This document shows, in pieces, positions 36,441 through 47,189 of a stretch of DNA of 64,000 nt (position 1 is its first letter; every line of letters begins with the position of its first letter). The translations under genes and the position numbers were made by a program. The notes under the pieces are model-generated. The model saw only the letters and a program-made list of their open reading frames with translations, was not told the origin of the DNA and did not search any database. The stretch covers positions 21,660 to 85,659 of the forward strand of contig JACRDC010000049.1 of the NCBI GenBank assembly GCA_016218705.1, given 5' to 3'. This DNA is from Desulfarculus sp. Lineage in GTDB: Bacteria; Desulfobacterota; Desulfarculia; Desulfarculales; Desulfarculaceae.

Positions 36441-36763
36441 TTGTCTTAAACAAGGCCCCCTGGCAAAAGGCCACATGCCTCTGGCCCTCCGTACAACCAT
36501 GGTGACAAAGCCCCGGCGGGGGGCTATACTTCCATTCATGAGCCTCCGCGAATCACATAGCGCCCCGGGCGCCGCCTCTAAGCCACAGCCGGCCCAGCGG
36601 GCCTCCGTGGCCGTTTCCTATATCAGCAGCCTAATTCGAATTTAACCCAGGGCCGGCGCGCAGCCGCCTTTAAGCCCTGCGTGTCCGGCCAGGTCCCCCC
36701 CAACCCAGGGGGCGGGCTGCGTTGTTTTTTGCCCCCATGAGGGGCCGAAAGGAGAGGCCGGAG

Positions 36764-38353
36764 ATGGCCAGCAACCAGAGCCAGCGTGTGGAGGTCTACG
36801 ACACCACCCTGCGCGACGGCACCCAGGCCGAGGGCTTGGCCCTGTCGGTGGAGGACAAACTGCGGGTGGCCCGCCAACTGGACCGCCTGGGGCTGACCTA
36901 CCTGGAGGGCGGCTGGCCGGGCAGCAACCCCCGCGACCGCGAGTTCTTCGCCGCCCTGCCCACCCTGGGCCTCAAGCGCATCCAGGTGGCGGCTTTCGGC
37001 TCCACCCACCACCCCAGCCGCACGCCACAGGACGACGCCAACCTGGCCGAGCTCCTGGCCGCCGGCACCGAGATCATCACCCTGGTGGGCAAGTCCTCCC
37101 TGCGCCACGTGCAGTCTCAGCTCCAGATCGCCCCCGAGCGCAATCTGGCCATGGCCGCCGACTCGGTGGCCTACCTGCGCCAGAAGGGCCGGCGGGTCTT
37201 CTTCGACGCCGAGCACTTCTTCGACGGCTTCAAGGAAGACCCCGAGTACACGTGCGCCGTGCTGGCGGCCGCCGCCCAGGCCGGGGCCGAGGCCCTGGTG
37301 CTCTGCGACACCAACGGCGGCTCCCTGCCCGAATTGGTGGCCCTGGCCACGGCCCGGGTAAAGGAGGCCCACCCCGGCCTGACCATCGGCATCCACACCC
37401 ACAACGACGCCGAGCTGGCCGTGGCTAACACCCTGGCCGCCGTGTCCGCCGGCGCCCGCCAGGTGCAGGGCACCCTGGGCGGCTTTGGCGAGCGCTGCGG
37501 CAACGCCAACCTGTGCTCGCTCATCCCCAACCTGCAACTCAAGCTGGGCTACCAGTGCCTGGAGCCCGCGCGCCTGCAACTGTTGAGCGAGACCGCCCGC
37601 CTGGTGCACGAGCTGGCCAACCTGCCGCCCCACCGCTTCGCGCCCTACGTGGGCAAGAGCGCCTTCTCGCACAAGGGCGGCCTGCACATCAGCGCCGTGG
37701 AGAAGGACCCCGCCCTGTACGAGCACGTCAACCCCGAGGCCGTGGGCAACGTGCGCCGCTTTCTGGTCAGCGACCTCTCGGGCCGGGCGGCCATCCTCAA
37801 CAAGGCCAAGGAGTGGGGCCTGGACCTCGGCGCCGACGACCCCGAGGTCAAGGCCATCCTGGCCAATCTCAAGGCCCGCGAGAACGAGGGCTACCAGTAC
37901 GAGGGGGCCGAGGCCAGCTTCGAGCTTCTGATGAACCGGGCCATGGGCCGCCACCAGCGCTATTTCGAGCTGGTGGGCTTCCGCGTGATGAACTTCAAGG
38001 ACGCCGAGGGCGAGCTGCCCCGGGCCGAGGCCACGGTGCGCGTGCGCGTGGGCGGCCTGGAGGAGCACACGGCGGCCATGGGCCACGGCCCGGTCAACGC
38101 CCTGGACCGCGCCATCAGAAAGGCCCTGGTGCGCTTCTTCCCGCGGCTCAACGAGGTGCGCCTGGTTGACTACAAGGTGCGCGTGCTCAGTGGCGCCGAC
38201 GGCACCGGCGCCCGGGTGCGGGTGCTCATCGAGAGTAGCGACGGCGTGAGCAGTTGGGGTACCGTGGGGGTGTCCTTCGACGTGCTGGAGGCCTCCTACC
38301 AGGCGCTGGGCGATTCCATCCGCTACAAGCTGTTCAAGGACCAGCAGGTTTAG
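36764..38353 (+). CDS. cimA: Citramalate synthase / 2-isopropylmalate synthase family (long CimA-type)
   Basis: VEVYDTTLRDGTQAEG HMGL-like N-terminus, HTHND, and a C-terminal LeuA-allosteric-like domain. SD AAAGGAGAGG precedes ATG 36764. Confidence 0.85.
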   Translation: MASNQSQRVEVYDTTLRDGTQAEGLALSVEDKLRVARQLDRLGLTYLEGGWPGSNPRDREFFAALPTLGLKRIQVAAFGSTHHPSRTPQDDANLAELLAAGTEIITLVGKSSLRHVQSQLQIAPERNLAMAADSVAYLRQKGRRVFFDAEHFFDGFKEDPEYTCAVLAAAAQAGAEALVLCDTNGGSLPELVALATARVKEAHPGLTIGIHTHNDAELAVANTLAAVSAGARQVQGTLGGFGERCGNANLCSLIPNLQLKLGYQCLEPARLQLLSETARLVHELANLPPHRFAPYVGKSAFSHKGGLHISAVEKDPALYEHVNPEAVGNVRRFLVSDLSGRAAILNKAKEWGLDLGADDPEVKAILANLKARENEGYQYEGAEASFELLMNRAMGRHQRYFELVGFRVMNFKDAEGELPRAEATVRVRVGGLEEHTAAMGHGPVNALDRAIRKALVRFFPRLNEVRLVDYKVRVLSGADGTGARVRVLIESSDGVSSWGTVGVSFDVLEASYQALGDSIRYKLFKDQQV

Positions 38354-38486
38354 GCTCCAAGTCTGCTTGCAATATATCAAATAGCTGATGTAAATTGCAA
38401 AAGACCATTACATCCAAACCGTTGTGACGGTGTAATCGAAGACAATAACTAAATAGGTAACTGGATAGCGAAAAAAGGGGCGAAAC

Positions 38487-39035
38487 ATGACTCAGCGCCT
38501 CATCTTAACGTCATTCATTGTTCTGCTGTTCTTGGCGCCTGCTGTTACTCCTGCAGCAGAAACGACAGCCGAAACCATCAACTTTTGGAAAGAGCGCGCA
38601 AAAAGAGGCAGTGCAACCACGCCATTCCAATTGGGGCTTGCGTATCAAAAAGGGGAGGGAGTTCTACAAGATAAGTCGGAGGCGGCGAAATGGTATTCTT
38701 TAGGTGCGCAAAGGGGTGATCTTCAAGCAGCACTAATGCTAGCAAAGATGTACTCAAGGGGCGAGGGGGTACAGAAGAATGAAGAAAAGGCTATAGAATT
38801 ATTTGTTGATATAGGCAAAAGTGATTCTGTTCTCGGTTCCATGGCGAGATGCCACTTGTTAATATTTACTAGAAATTATTCTCTAGGTAATGAAGGCATA
38901 ATGCCTGACAGGGAAAAAGCACGTTACCTATTTGAACGGCTGGGTGAAATAGAAATAGCAATAATGGATAAGAAAAATAAGCAAATGGATAAATTATTCG
39001 AGGAGCAAGAACGGATATTGGACTCTATTAAATAA
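38487..39035 (+). CDS. Sel1-like repeat (SLR) protein with signal peptide
   Basis: 182 aa. Repeats of the form LGLAYQKGEGVLQDKSEAAKWY and LAKMYSRGEGVQKNEEKAIELF. The gene and its flanks are visibly AT-richer than the rest of the window. Confidence 0.8.
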   Translation: MTQRLILTSFIVLLFLAPAVTPAAETTAETINFWKERAKRGSATTPFQLGLAYQKGEGVLQDKSEAAKWYSLGAQRGDLQAALMLAKMYSRGEGVQKNEEKAIELFVDIGKSDSVLGSMARCHLLIFTRNYSLGNEGIMPDREKARYLFERLGEIEIAIMDKKNKQMDKLFEEQERILDSIK

Positions 39036-39220
39036 ACGATTCTTTGTTGCTACTGCCATGGATTGTTTGAAGGGGTTGCTTCGGCCTATCAATGCTGATT
39101 AACCGAACTTCCTAGATATGCTGGAGATGTGCTACTGAAAATGCCTACTGCGTTAGATGTAACTCACTGACTGTGCAGTGATGGTATTCGCCTGACAGTC
39201 GCCCCCGGCTTGGGGGTTGG

Positions 39221-39511
39221 TTAGGCAGCCTTTTGGGCGGCCTTGTTTCCAGTCTGATCCTTCTGGTTCAATCCGTCCCTGAAAGCCTGGAAGGGAGTCC
39301 TGCCGTTCATGCCCCTGCCCTGGTGGGGCCGCTTGGTGTTGTAGACGGCCAGGTATTCCTCCAGATCCTTCTGCATCTCCTCCACCGACTCATACCACTT
39401 CTGGCGGCCCTTGATCCGGAAGTGCTCGTCCAACAAGGTTATATGCAGGCGCTCCACGAAGCCGTTGCTCTGGGGCCGGCGCACCCGCGTGGTGCGGTGC
39501 TCGACATCCTC
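39221..39511 (-). pseudogene. C-terminal remnant of a DDE (rve/integrase-core) transposase
   Basis: RRPQSNGFVERLH (carrying the third catalytic Glu) ...YNTKRPHQGRGMNGRTPFQAF is the typical C-terminus of IS3/IS481-type transposases. The N-terminal two thirds are missing. Confidence 0.7.
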
Positions 39512-39622
39512 CATTTGGAGGCATAGGACACCCGGCGGGTTACGCTTCGCTAACCGCCCTTCCCCCTTTCCCTGATTATTCCTCAGCAACAACGCCTTCG
39601 ACCGCCCCCCGCCACCGCCCCC

Positions 39623-40234
39623 CTACCCCCTGAACTCCTCCACCGGGCCGGCGCCCTCGCGCAGGATCTCGGGCGTGTCGTCCACCAGGCTGATGACGCT
39701 CGATGGCTTGCCCGGCACCGGGCCGCCATCCACGATCAGGTCCAGTTGGTTGCCCATGAGGTCTTCCACCTCCCAGGCGTGCAGGAGCATGCGGCCATCC
39801 TCGCCGGTGGCGCTGGTGGAGAGCAGGGGGTGGCCCAGGCCCATGGCCAGGGCCAGGGGTATGGGGTGGTCGGGCACGCGGATGCCGGCGGTCTTGCGCC
39901 GGGTGAGCATCATCTTGGGCACCTCGCGCGAGCCCTCCAACACGAAGGTGTAGGGGCCGGGCAGAAGGCGGCGCAGGGTCTTGTAGGCGTAGTTGGTCAC
40001 CCGGGCGTACTGCGACACGTCCTTGAGGTCCGGGCAGATGAAGGAGAAGGGCTTGCTCTCGGGCTGGCGCTTGATCTGATGGACGCGCTTGATGGCCCGC
40101 TTGTTGAAGATGTCGCAGCCCAGGCCGTAGACAGTGTCCGTGGGATAGGCCACCACCCCGCCGTCGGCCAGCACCTGCACCACCCGGGCGATGAGCCGGG
40201 GCTGGGGGTTCTGGGGGTTGATGGTCAGGATCAT
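39623..40234 (-). CDS. tsaC: L-threonylcarbamoyladenylate synthase (YrdC/TsaC family)
   Basis: 203 aa. VVAYPTDTVYGLGCD, KRVHQIKRQP and SANxSG-like STSATGE blocks. Confidence 0.88.
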   Translation of the reverse strand: MILTINPQNPQPRLIARVVQVLADGGVVAYPTDTVYGLGCDIFNKRAIKRVHQIKRQPESKPFSFICPDLKDVSQYARVTNYAYKTLRRLLPGPYTFVLEGSREVPKMMLTRRKTAGIRVPDHPIPLALAMGLGHPLLSTSATGEDGRMLLHAWEVEDLMGNQLDLIVDGGPVPGKPSSVISLVDDTPEILREGAGPVEEFRG

Positions 40235-40469
40235 GGCGGCTATCTCCTGCTATCTCCTTATGCTTCCAGCATATCCCAGCCGGGGCCGGGGCGTCAAGGC
40301 GGCCCAGGCGCACTAAGCATGTATTCATGGGCACTTGCGCCCTTGTGCCTTCTGGCCGGCCTTGACCATGGCGCTGGGGCGGGGGTAATCTTGCCCCCAG
40401 CGCCGCCGCCCAAGGTGCGGCACCCGCCACAACCCTTGCTTCCAGCGATGCCACCTGGCACATTAGGCC

Positions 40470-42191
40470 ATGCTCACATATTTGCGCATACAAAACTTCG
40501 CCCTGATCGAGAACCTGGAGCTGGAGCTGGGGCCGGGGCTGACCGTGCTCACCGGCGAGACCGGGGCCGGCAAGTCCATCATCCTGGCGGCGGTGAACCT
40601 GCTGCTGGGCGGGCGGGCCGCCGCCGACCTCATCCGCGCCGGCCAGGACCAGGCCGTGGTGGAGGCGGCCTTCAGCCTGCCCGCCGAGGCCCCGGCGCGG
40701 GCGCGCCTGGAGGCCCAGGGCCTGGCCCTGGACCCCGGCGAGGACCTGGTGGTGCGCCGGGTGGTCAGCCGCGAGGGGCGCAACCGGGTGCAGGTGGCCG
40801 GCGGGCTATCCACCCTGGGCGTCCTGGCCGAGCTGGGGCCGGAGTTGGTGAGCCTGGTGGGGCAGCACAGCCACCAAACGCTGCTCAAGGCCGAGGGGCA
40901 CCTGAGCCTGCTGGACGCCTTCGCCGGCCTGGAGCCATTGCGCCAGGAGGTGGCCACGGCGGTGGCCCGGGCCAGGCAGGCCCAGCGCCAACTTCAGGAG
41001 TTGCAACAGGACCTGGCCCGCCGCCAGGAGCGGGGGGCCTGGCTCAGGGAGGTGGTGGCCGAGATCGAGGCCGCCGGCCTGGACTCCGCCGAGGAGCAGG
41101 CCCTCAAGCAGGAGCGCCAACTGCTGGCCAACGCCGAGCAGATGATCCGCCTGGCCCAGGGGGCCTTTCAGGGCCTCTATGGCGCCGAGGAGGGAGCGGC
41201 CCTGGAGACCCTGGGCAAGGTCCGGGGTCTGCTGGCTGACCTGGCGCGCCTGGACCAGCGCCTGCGGCCCCTGGCCGAGCGCCTGGACGAGGCCTTTTAC
41301 GGCCTGGAGGACATCGCCCGCGAGTTGGGGGACTACCCGGAGTCCTTGAACGCCGACCCTGGCCGCCTGGACTGGCTGGAGGGGCGATTGCTGACCATCC
41401 AGCGCGTCAGCCGCAAGCACGGCGGCGGCGTGGAGGAGGCCCTGGCCGCCCTGGCCCAGGCCCGGCGGGAGCTTGAGTCCCTGGACAGCGGCCAGGAGCG
41501 CCTGGCCCAGTTGGAGCGCCAGCGCCAGGAGGCCCTGGACCTGGCCCTGGACCTGGCCCGGCGGCTGGGCCAGGCCCGCCGCCAGGCCGCGCCCGGCCTG
41601 GCCCGGGCGGTGCGCGGCGAGCTGGCCCAGTTGGGCATGGCTGCCTGCGAGTTCGAGGCGCGCTTCAGCCCGCCGGTTGGCGCGGCCCTGGCCACGCCCG
41701 ATGGTCCCCTGGCCTCGCGGGGACTGGAGGAGGCCGAGTTTTACATCGCGCCCAACCCTGGCGAGGGCTTCCGGCCCTTGAGCCGCATCGCCAGCGGGGG
41801 CGAGCTTTCGCGCCTGCTGCTGGCGCTAAAAAGCCTGGTGGCCAGCCAGGCCGGCGCGCCCACCATGATCTTCGACGAGGTGGACGCCGGCATCGGCGGC
41901 GCCACCGGCACCGCCGTGGGCCAGAAGCTGAAAAGGCTGGCCCAGGGCGCCCAGGTGCTGTGCATCACCCATTTGCCCCAGATAGCGGCCTGGGGCGGCG
42001 CCCACCTCACGGTGGGCAAACAGGTGCGCCAGGGCCGCACGGCCACGGTGCTGGGCGTGTTGGATGAGGCAGGCCGCCTGGATGAGATGACCCGCATGCT
42101 GGGCGGACAAAAAGACGGCCCAGCGGCCCGGGAGCATGCCCAAGCCATGCTCTCCCAGGCTCGCCGGGACCAAGTCCCGGATACTCCCTGA
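40470..42191 (+). CDS. recN: DNA repair protein RecN
   Basis: 573 aa. LRIQNFALIE, Walker A GETGAGKS, long coiled coil, and C-terminal SGGELSRLLLALK / IFDEVDAGIGG. Confidence 0.93.
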   Translation: MLTYLRIQNFALIENLELELGPGLTVLTGETGAGKSIILAAVNLLLGGRAAADLIRAGQDQAVVEAAFSLPAEAPARARLEAQGLALDPGEDLVVRRVVSREGRNRVQVAGGLSTLGVLAELGPELVSLVGQHSHQTLLKAEGHLSLLDAFAGLEPLRQEVATAVARARQAQRQLQELQQDLARRQERGAWLREVVAEIEAAGLDSAEEQALKQERQLLANAEQMIRLAQGAFQGLYGAEEGAALETLGKVRGLLADLARLDQRLRPLAERLDEAFYGLEDIARELGDYPESLNADPGRLDWLEGRLLTIQRVSRKHGGGVEEALAALAQARRELESLDSGQERLAQLERQRQEALDLALDLARRLGQARRQAAPGLARAVRGELAQLGMAACEFEARFSPPVGAALATPDGPLASRGLEEAEFYIAPNPGEGFRPLSRIASGGELSRLLLALKSLVASQAGAPTMIFDEVDAGIGGATGTAVGQKLKRLAQGAQVLCITHLPQIAAWGGAHLTVGKQVRQGRTATVLGVLDEAGRLDEMTRMLGGQKDGPAAREHAQAMLSQARRDQVPDTP

Positions 42192-42204
42192 ACACCGCCA
42201 CCGG

Positions 42205-42242
42205 GTCGGGTGGGGCTGGATTCATCACCAGCCCCACCCGAC
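42205..42242 (+). terminator. 15-bp perfect hairpin after recN
   Basis: GTCGGGTGGGGCTGG (42205-19) pairs with CCAGCCCCACCCGAC (42228-42). ACCTTTG follows. Confidence 0.6.
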
Positions 42243-42373
42243 ACCTTTGCGCGGCCTGGGCGCCCGGCTCCCCCCAACCCTGCTTGAAGGTCGGCGCCGT
42301 CCCCGTATCAAGAGATATCTTGGCCGCCGCGCTCCCCGCGATGCCCTCGGCCAGGATCATCCGGTGAAAGACC

Positions 42374-43210
42374 CTAGTCGTCGTATTGCTTGGCGTAGGC
42401 CGCGTCGTTGTACAGGCCGCCGCCGTACTCCCTGATGATCTTCTGCCCGGCCGGCGAGGCCACGAAGTCAATGAAGCGCCCCGCCAGGGCCGCGCCGGGG
42501 GTGACGCCATCGGGCTGGCGCAGGGCGTGGTAGGTGTTGACCAGGTACTTGTCGCCCTTGAACAACACCTTGAGCCCCGGCAGCTTGGCGGCCTCCTGCA
42601 CCCAGGTGCTGGAGTCGGTCATGAAGTAGCCGCCCTCGTCGTTGGCCCGCTTGAGGGTGGCGGCCATGAAGGCCTTGGTGACGATGTACCAGCCATCCTG
42701 GGGGGTGATGCCGGCCATTTTCCAGATGGCCATCTCCTTCTGGTGGGTGCCGGAATTGTCGCCGCGCGAGAAGAACTTGGCCTGGGCCTTGGCGATACGG
42801 GCGTAGGCGTCCTTGACGTCCGCCGCCTGGGCGATGCCCGCCGGGTCACTGGCCGGCCCCACGATGAAGAACTCGTTGCTGCCCAAGAGGGTGCGCTGGG
42901 TGGCCCAGCCCTGGGCCACGGCCTCCTTCTCGGCCTTGGGCGCGTGCACCATTATCATGTCCACGGCCTTGGCCTGCAAAAGCTTGAGCCCCTCGCCGGA
43001 GCCGGCCTTTTTCCAGTTGAGCCTGGCCTGGGCCGTGGGCGAGAAGGCCTCGGCCAGGGCCTGCAAGAGGCCCAGCTCGCCGGGGCTGCCCGTGGCCAGG
43101 GAGAAGGCGCTTGGCCCCTGGCCATAGGTGGCGTCGTAGGTGTCGGCGGCCAGACAGGCCAGAGGGGTCAGGGCCAGGAGCAGGGCCAGGGGCCAGGCCA
43201 AGGGTCTCAT
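42374..43210 (-). CDS. TupA-like (tungstate/oxyanion) periplasmic substrate-binding protein, no adjacent permease or ATPase
   Basis: 278 aa with a signal peptide. GSGEGLKLLQAKAVDMIMVHAPKAEKE and SRGDNSGTHQKE resemble TupA blocks as I recall them. Confidence 0.6.
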   Translation of the reverse strand: MRPLAWPLALLLALTPLACLAADTYDATYGQGPSAFSLATGSPGELGLLQALAEAFSPTAQARLNWKKAGSGEGLKLLQAKAVDMIMVHAPKAEKEAVAQGWATQRTLLGSNEFFIVGPASDPAGIAQAADVKDAYARIAKAQAKFFSRGDNSGTHQKEMAIWKMAGITPQDGWYIVTKAFMAATLKRANDEGGYFMTDSSTWVQEAAKLPGLKVLFKGDKYLVNTYHALRQPDGVTPGAALAGRFIDFVASPAGQKIIREYGGGLYNDAAYAKQYDD

Positions 43211-43339
43211 GTGCTTCTCCCGCCGTGTGAGGTGCCTCGGGGGGGGGCATTGTTATGTCATTTTAAACATAGCCTACGGCAAGACACCGGCGGGGTCAAG
43301 AGATTGTGGCTCCCAAGGAGTGTCAGGGGGGTGCCCGAA

Positions 43340-43371
43340 TAAAAAAGGGCAGGGACCGCTGGTCCCTGCCC
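43340..43371 (-). terminator. Rho-independent terminator after the lipoprotein gene
   Basis: GGGCAGGGACC (43347-57) pairs with GGTCCCTGCCC (43361-71). The A7 run 43340-46 gives a U-run on the minus strand. Confidence 0.7.
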
Positions 43372-43411
43372 GTATGCCCTGTCAGGGCGCCGGCTGGAGG
43401 AAAAGCCGCTC

Positions 43412-44509
43412 CTAGTGGGTGCGCACCCACTGGCCCACCTCGAAGGTGAGCGGCTGGGGTTTTTCCTCCATGGTCTCCTTGAGGGCCTGGGCCTCCTTGG
43501 CCGGGGCTTCCCGCTTGCCCTCGGTGTCCTGGCCGTCCTTGGCTTTCTTTTCGGCGGCCTCCTTGGCCTTTTTAGCCTCGGCCTCCTTGGCCTCTTTGGC
43601 CTCCTTGGCCTTTTTTTCGTCGCTGGCCCGTTCCACGATCTCGGCCCAGGAGAAGCGCGCCCCCAGTTCGCCCAGCTTGATGCGTCCCACGCGGGGGCCG
43701 GGCAGGGCCAGTTGCTGGCCGGTGCCGGCCTTGATGCGCTCGCCCAGGGCGTAGACCGTCAGTATTGATCCGGGGGGCAGGCCGGTGTCACGTCCCACGC
43801 TCACCAGCACCCGGTTGCCCTCCACCTCCAGCACGGTGCCGCCCCAGGGCAGGGAGGCCACGCGCTTGCCCACCCAGGCGGTGGTTTCCTCGGTGATCTC
43901 GGCCAACAGCTTGTTCACTAGCTTGTCGTCGGGCTGTGCCCCACCCTCGATGGCCTCGGCCACGGTGTCGTCCACGCGCTCCTGGCGCTTGAAGGCCTCC
44001 TGGCCGATCACGATGCCGGTGGTCACGTCCACCAGGCGCAGTTCCACCTCCAGGGAGAGGAAGGGCCGGTTCTCGCGCATGCCGTAGATGCCCTTGAGGG
44101 CGCGCTGCACCGACAGGTCGGTGATGTTGCCGGCCAGCAGGGCGTTGACGCCCAGGCGGCGGCTGGCCTCCATGGCCCGGTCCTCGGGGTGGGCGATGGC
44201 CTGGGGCAGCTTCTTCATCTCCTCCTGCACGGGCGTGAAGTCGCCCACCACCACGCCGCCCATCTTGACTAGATGCTGGCTGATGGCCATTTGCAGGGCC
44301 GTGGCCCGCTCCTTCATGCTGGGCACCCCGCTGGTGAACGGCGCCACCGCCACCCGTTTGCGCAGGCCGGTGTCCTTGCTGTCAATTATGTTGGTCACGG
44401 CGCTGGTGACGCCGCAACCAGGCAGCAGGGCCAGGAACAAAACCAATCCCAGCAGGGCCGGGGCCAAACGCGCCGGGTTCTGGCCGGGTCCTAGGTGGCG
44501 GGGGTGCAT
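43412..44509 (-). CDS. Lipoprotein of unknown function with Lys/Glu/Ala-rich C-terminal region
   Basis: 365 aa. Lipobox LLPGC. The KEAKEAKEAEAKKAKEAAEKKAK tract is encoded by imperfect GGCCTCCTT-type tandem repeats at about 43555-43612. Confidence 0.6.
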   Translation of the reverse strand: MHPRHLGPGQNPARLAPALLGLVLFLALLPGCGVTSAVTNIIDSKDTGLRKRVAVAPFTSGVPSMKERATALQMAISQHLVKMGGVVVGDFTPVQEEMKKLPQAIAHPEDRAMEASRRLGVNALLAGNITDLSVQRALKGIYGMRENRPFLSLEVELRLVDVTTGIVIGQEAFKRQERVDDTVAEAIEGGAQPDDKLVNKLLAEITEETTAWVGKRVASLPWGGTVLEVEGNRVLVSVGRDTGLPPGSILTVYALGERIKAGTGQQLALPGPRVGRIKLGELGARFSWAEIVERASDEKKAKEAKEAKEAEAKKAKEAAEKKAKDGQDTEGKREAPAKEAQALKETMEEKPQPLTFEVGQWVRTH

Positions 44510-44554
44510 GGGGTTCTCCCTGGGCAGATGGTGTCGGGGCCGATTGTTCCAATA

Positions 44555-44699
44555 GGCTGTTGAAAAACAGCCTGTTGGCGGGCCATGGACGGCCCGCCAA
44601 AAAGCGCGGGCGCTTTAGCGCCAAGCTTTTTGGGGGAGTTAGCCGAATTCATTTCGGCTAACTCGTGTTGAAAAAAGTCCATGGACGGACTTTTTCAAC
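44555..44699. other. Array of five consecutive stem-loops in the intergenic region
   Basis: Stems at 44555-72 (GAAA loop), 44577-98, 44597-633, 44636-64 (12 bp perfect) and 44667-99. Hairpins 2 and 5 share the loop ATGGAC. Confidence 0.7.
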
Positions 44700-44756
44700 A
44701 ACCTGCTGAAGCGCGAGTATATCAAAACTTGGCCAGGCAACAAAAGTGCGGCGCGA

Positions 44757-45035
44757 TCAGTATCTGATCTCAAACCCCGCCAGGGCCGGGTCGGGCTCGG
44801 ACCAACTGACGTCCACCTCGGTGACCAAGGCCGAGGGCGAGCCCTGGTGGCACCAGGCGATGGCCTTTTCCACCTGGTCCCGGGGGCCTTGGAACACGGC
44901 CTCGACCCGCCGAAGCGGCAGGTTGCGCACCCAGCCCTTGAGCCCCAGTTCCTGGGCCGTCTCCTGGGTGTAGGCCCTGAAGAACACGCCCTGCACCTTG
45001 CCCTTGATGAGCACCGTGGCCTTGACCTCGTCCAT
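44757..45035 (-). CDS. acyP: Acylphosphatase
   Basis: 92 aa with the VQGVFFR signature and GWVRN. Confidence 0.9.
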   Translation of the reverse strand: MDEVKATVLIKGKVQGVFFRAYTQETAQELGLKGWVRNLPLRRVEAVFQGPRDQVEKAIAWCHQGSPSALVTEVDVSWSEPDPALAGFEIRY

Positions 45036-45036
45036 G

Positions 45037-47112
<2,076 letters not shown>

Positions 47113-47189
47113 CTATAACTACACAACCCGGGGCGCGATTTCAAGATGGGCGCGCCAGGCGGAGGCCGGCCACGGTGGCGGGTTTGGCC

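Noticed and set aside
36441-36763. Possible leader or attenuator upstream of cimA (alternative GC hairpins and a T6 run around 36700-36745).
   Set aside because: I could not identify a leader peptide or mutually exclusive terminator/antiterminator pairing with confidence. The T-run is followed directly by the SD. The observation is too weak to report as a feature.
40440-40470. TGGCAC immediately upstream of the recN start as a sigma54 -24 element.
   Set aside because: There is no TTGC -12 element at the required spacing, and the site abuts the start codon. A TTGACC-18-TAATCT sigma70-like pair further upstream is more plausible, though weak.
43211-43340. Possible Moco/Tuco riboswitch in the leader of the TupA-like gene (CCCCGAGGCACCUC...GGCGGGAG on the minus strand).
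   Set aside because: I only half-remember the conserved CCGAG-type core of that motif and cannot reproduce its helices here. The claim is unsupported without an Infernal scan against Rfam RF01055.
43541-43620. Short tandem GGCCTCCTT-like repeats that could be mistaken for a repeat array.
   Set aside because: They lie inside the lipoprotein ORF and encode the KEAKEAKEAEAKK low-complexity tract. There are no spacers and no CRISPR-like structure. I found no CRISPR array anywhere in the window.
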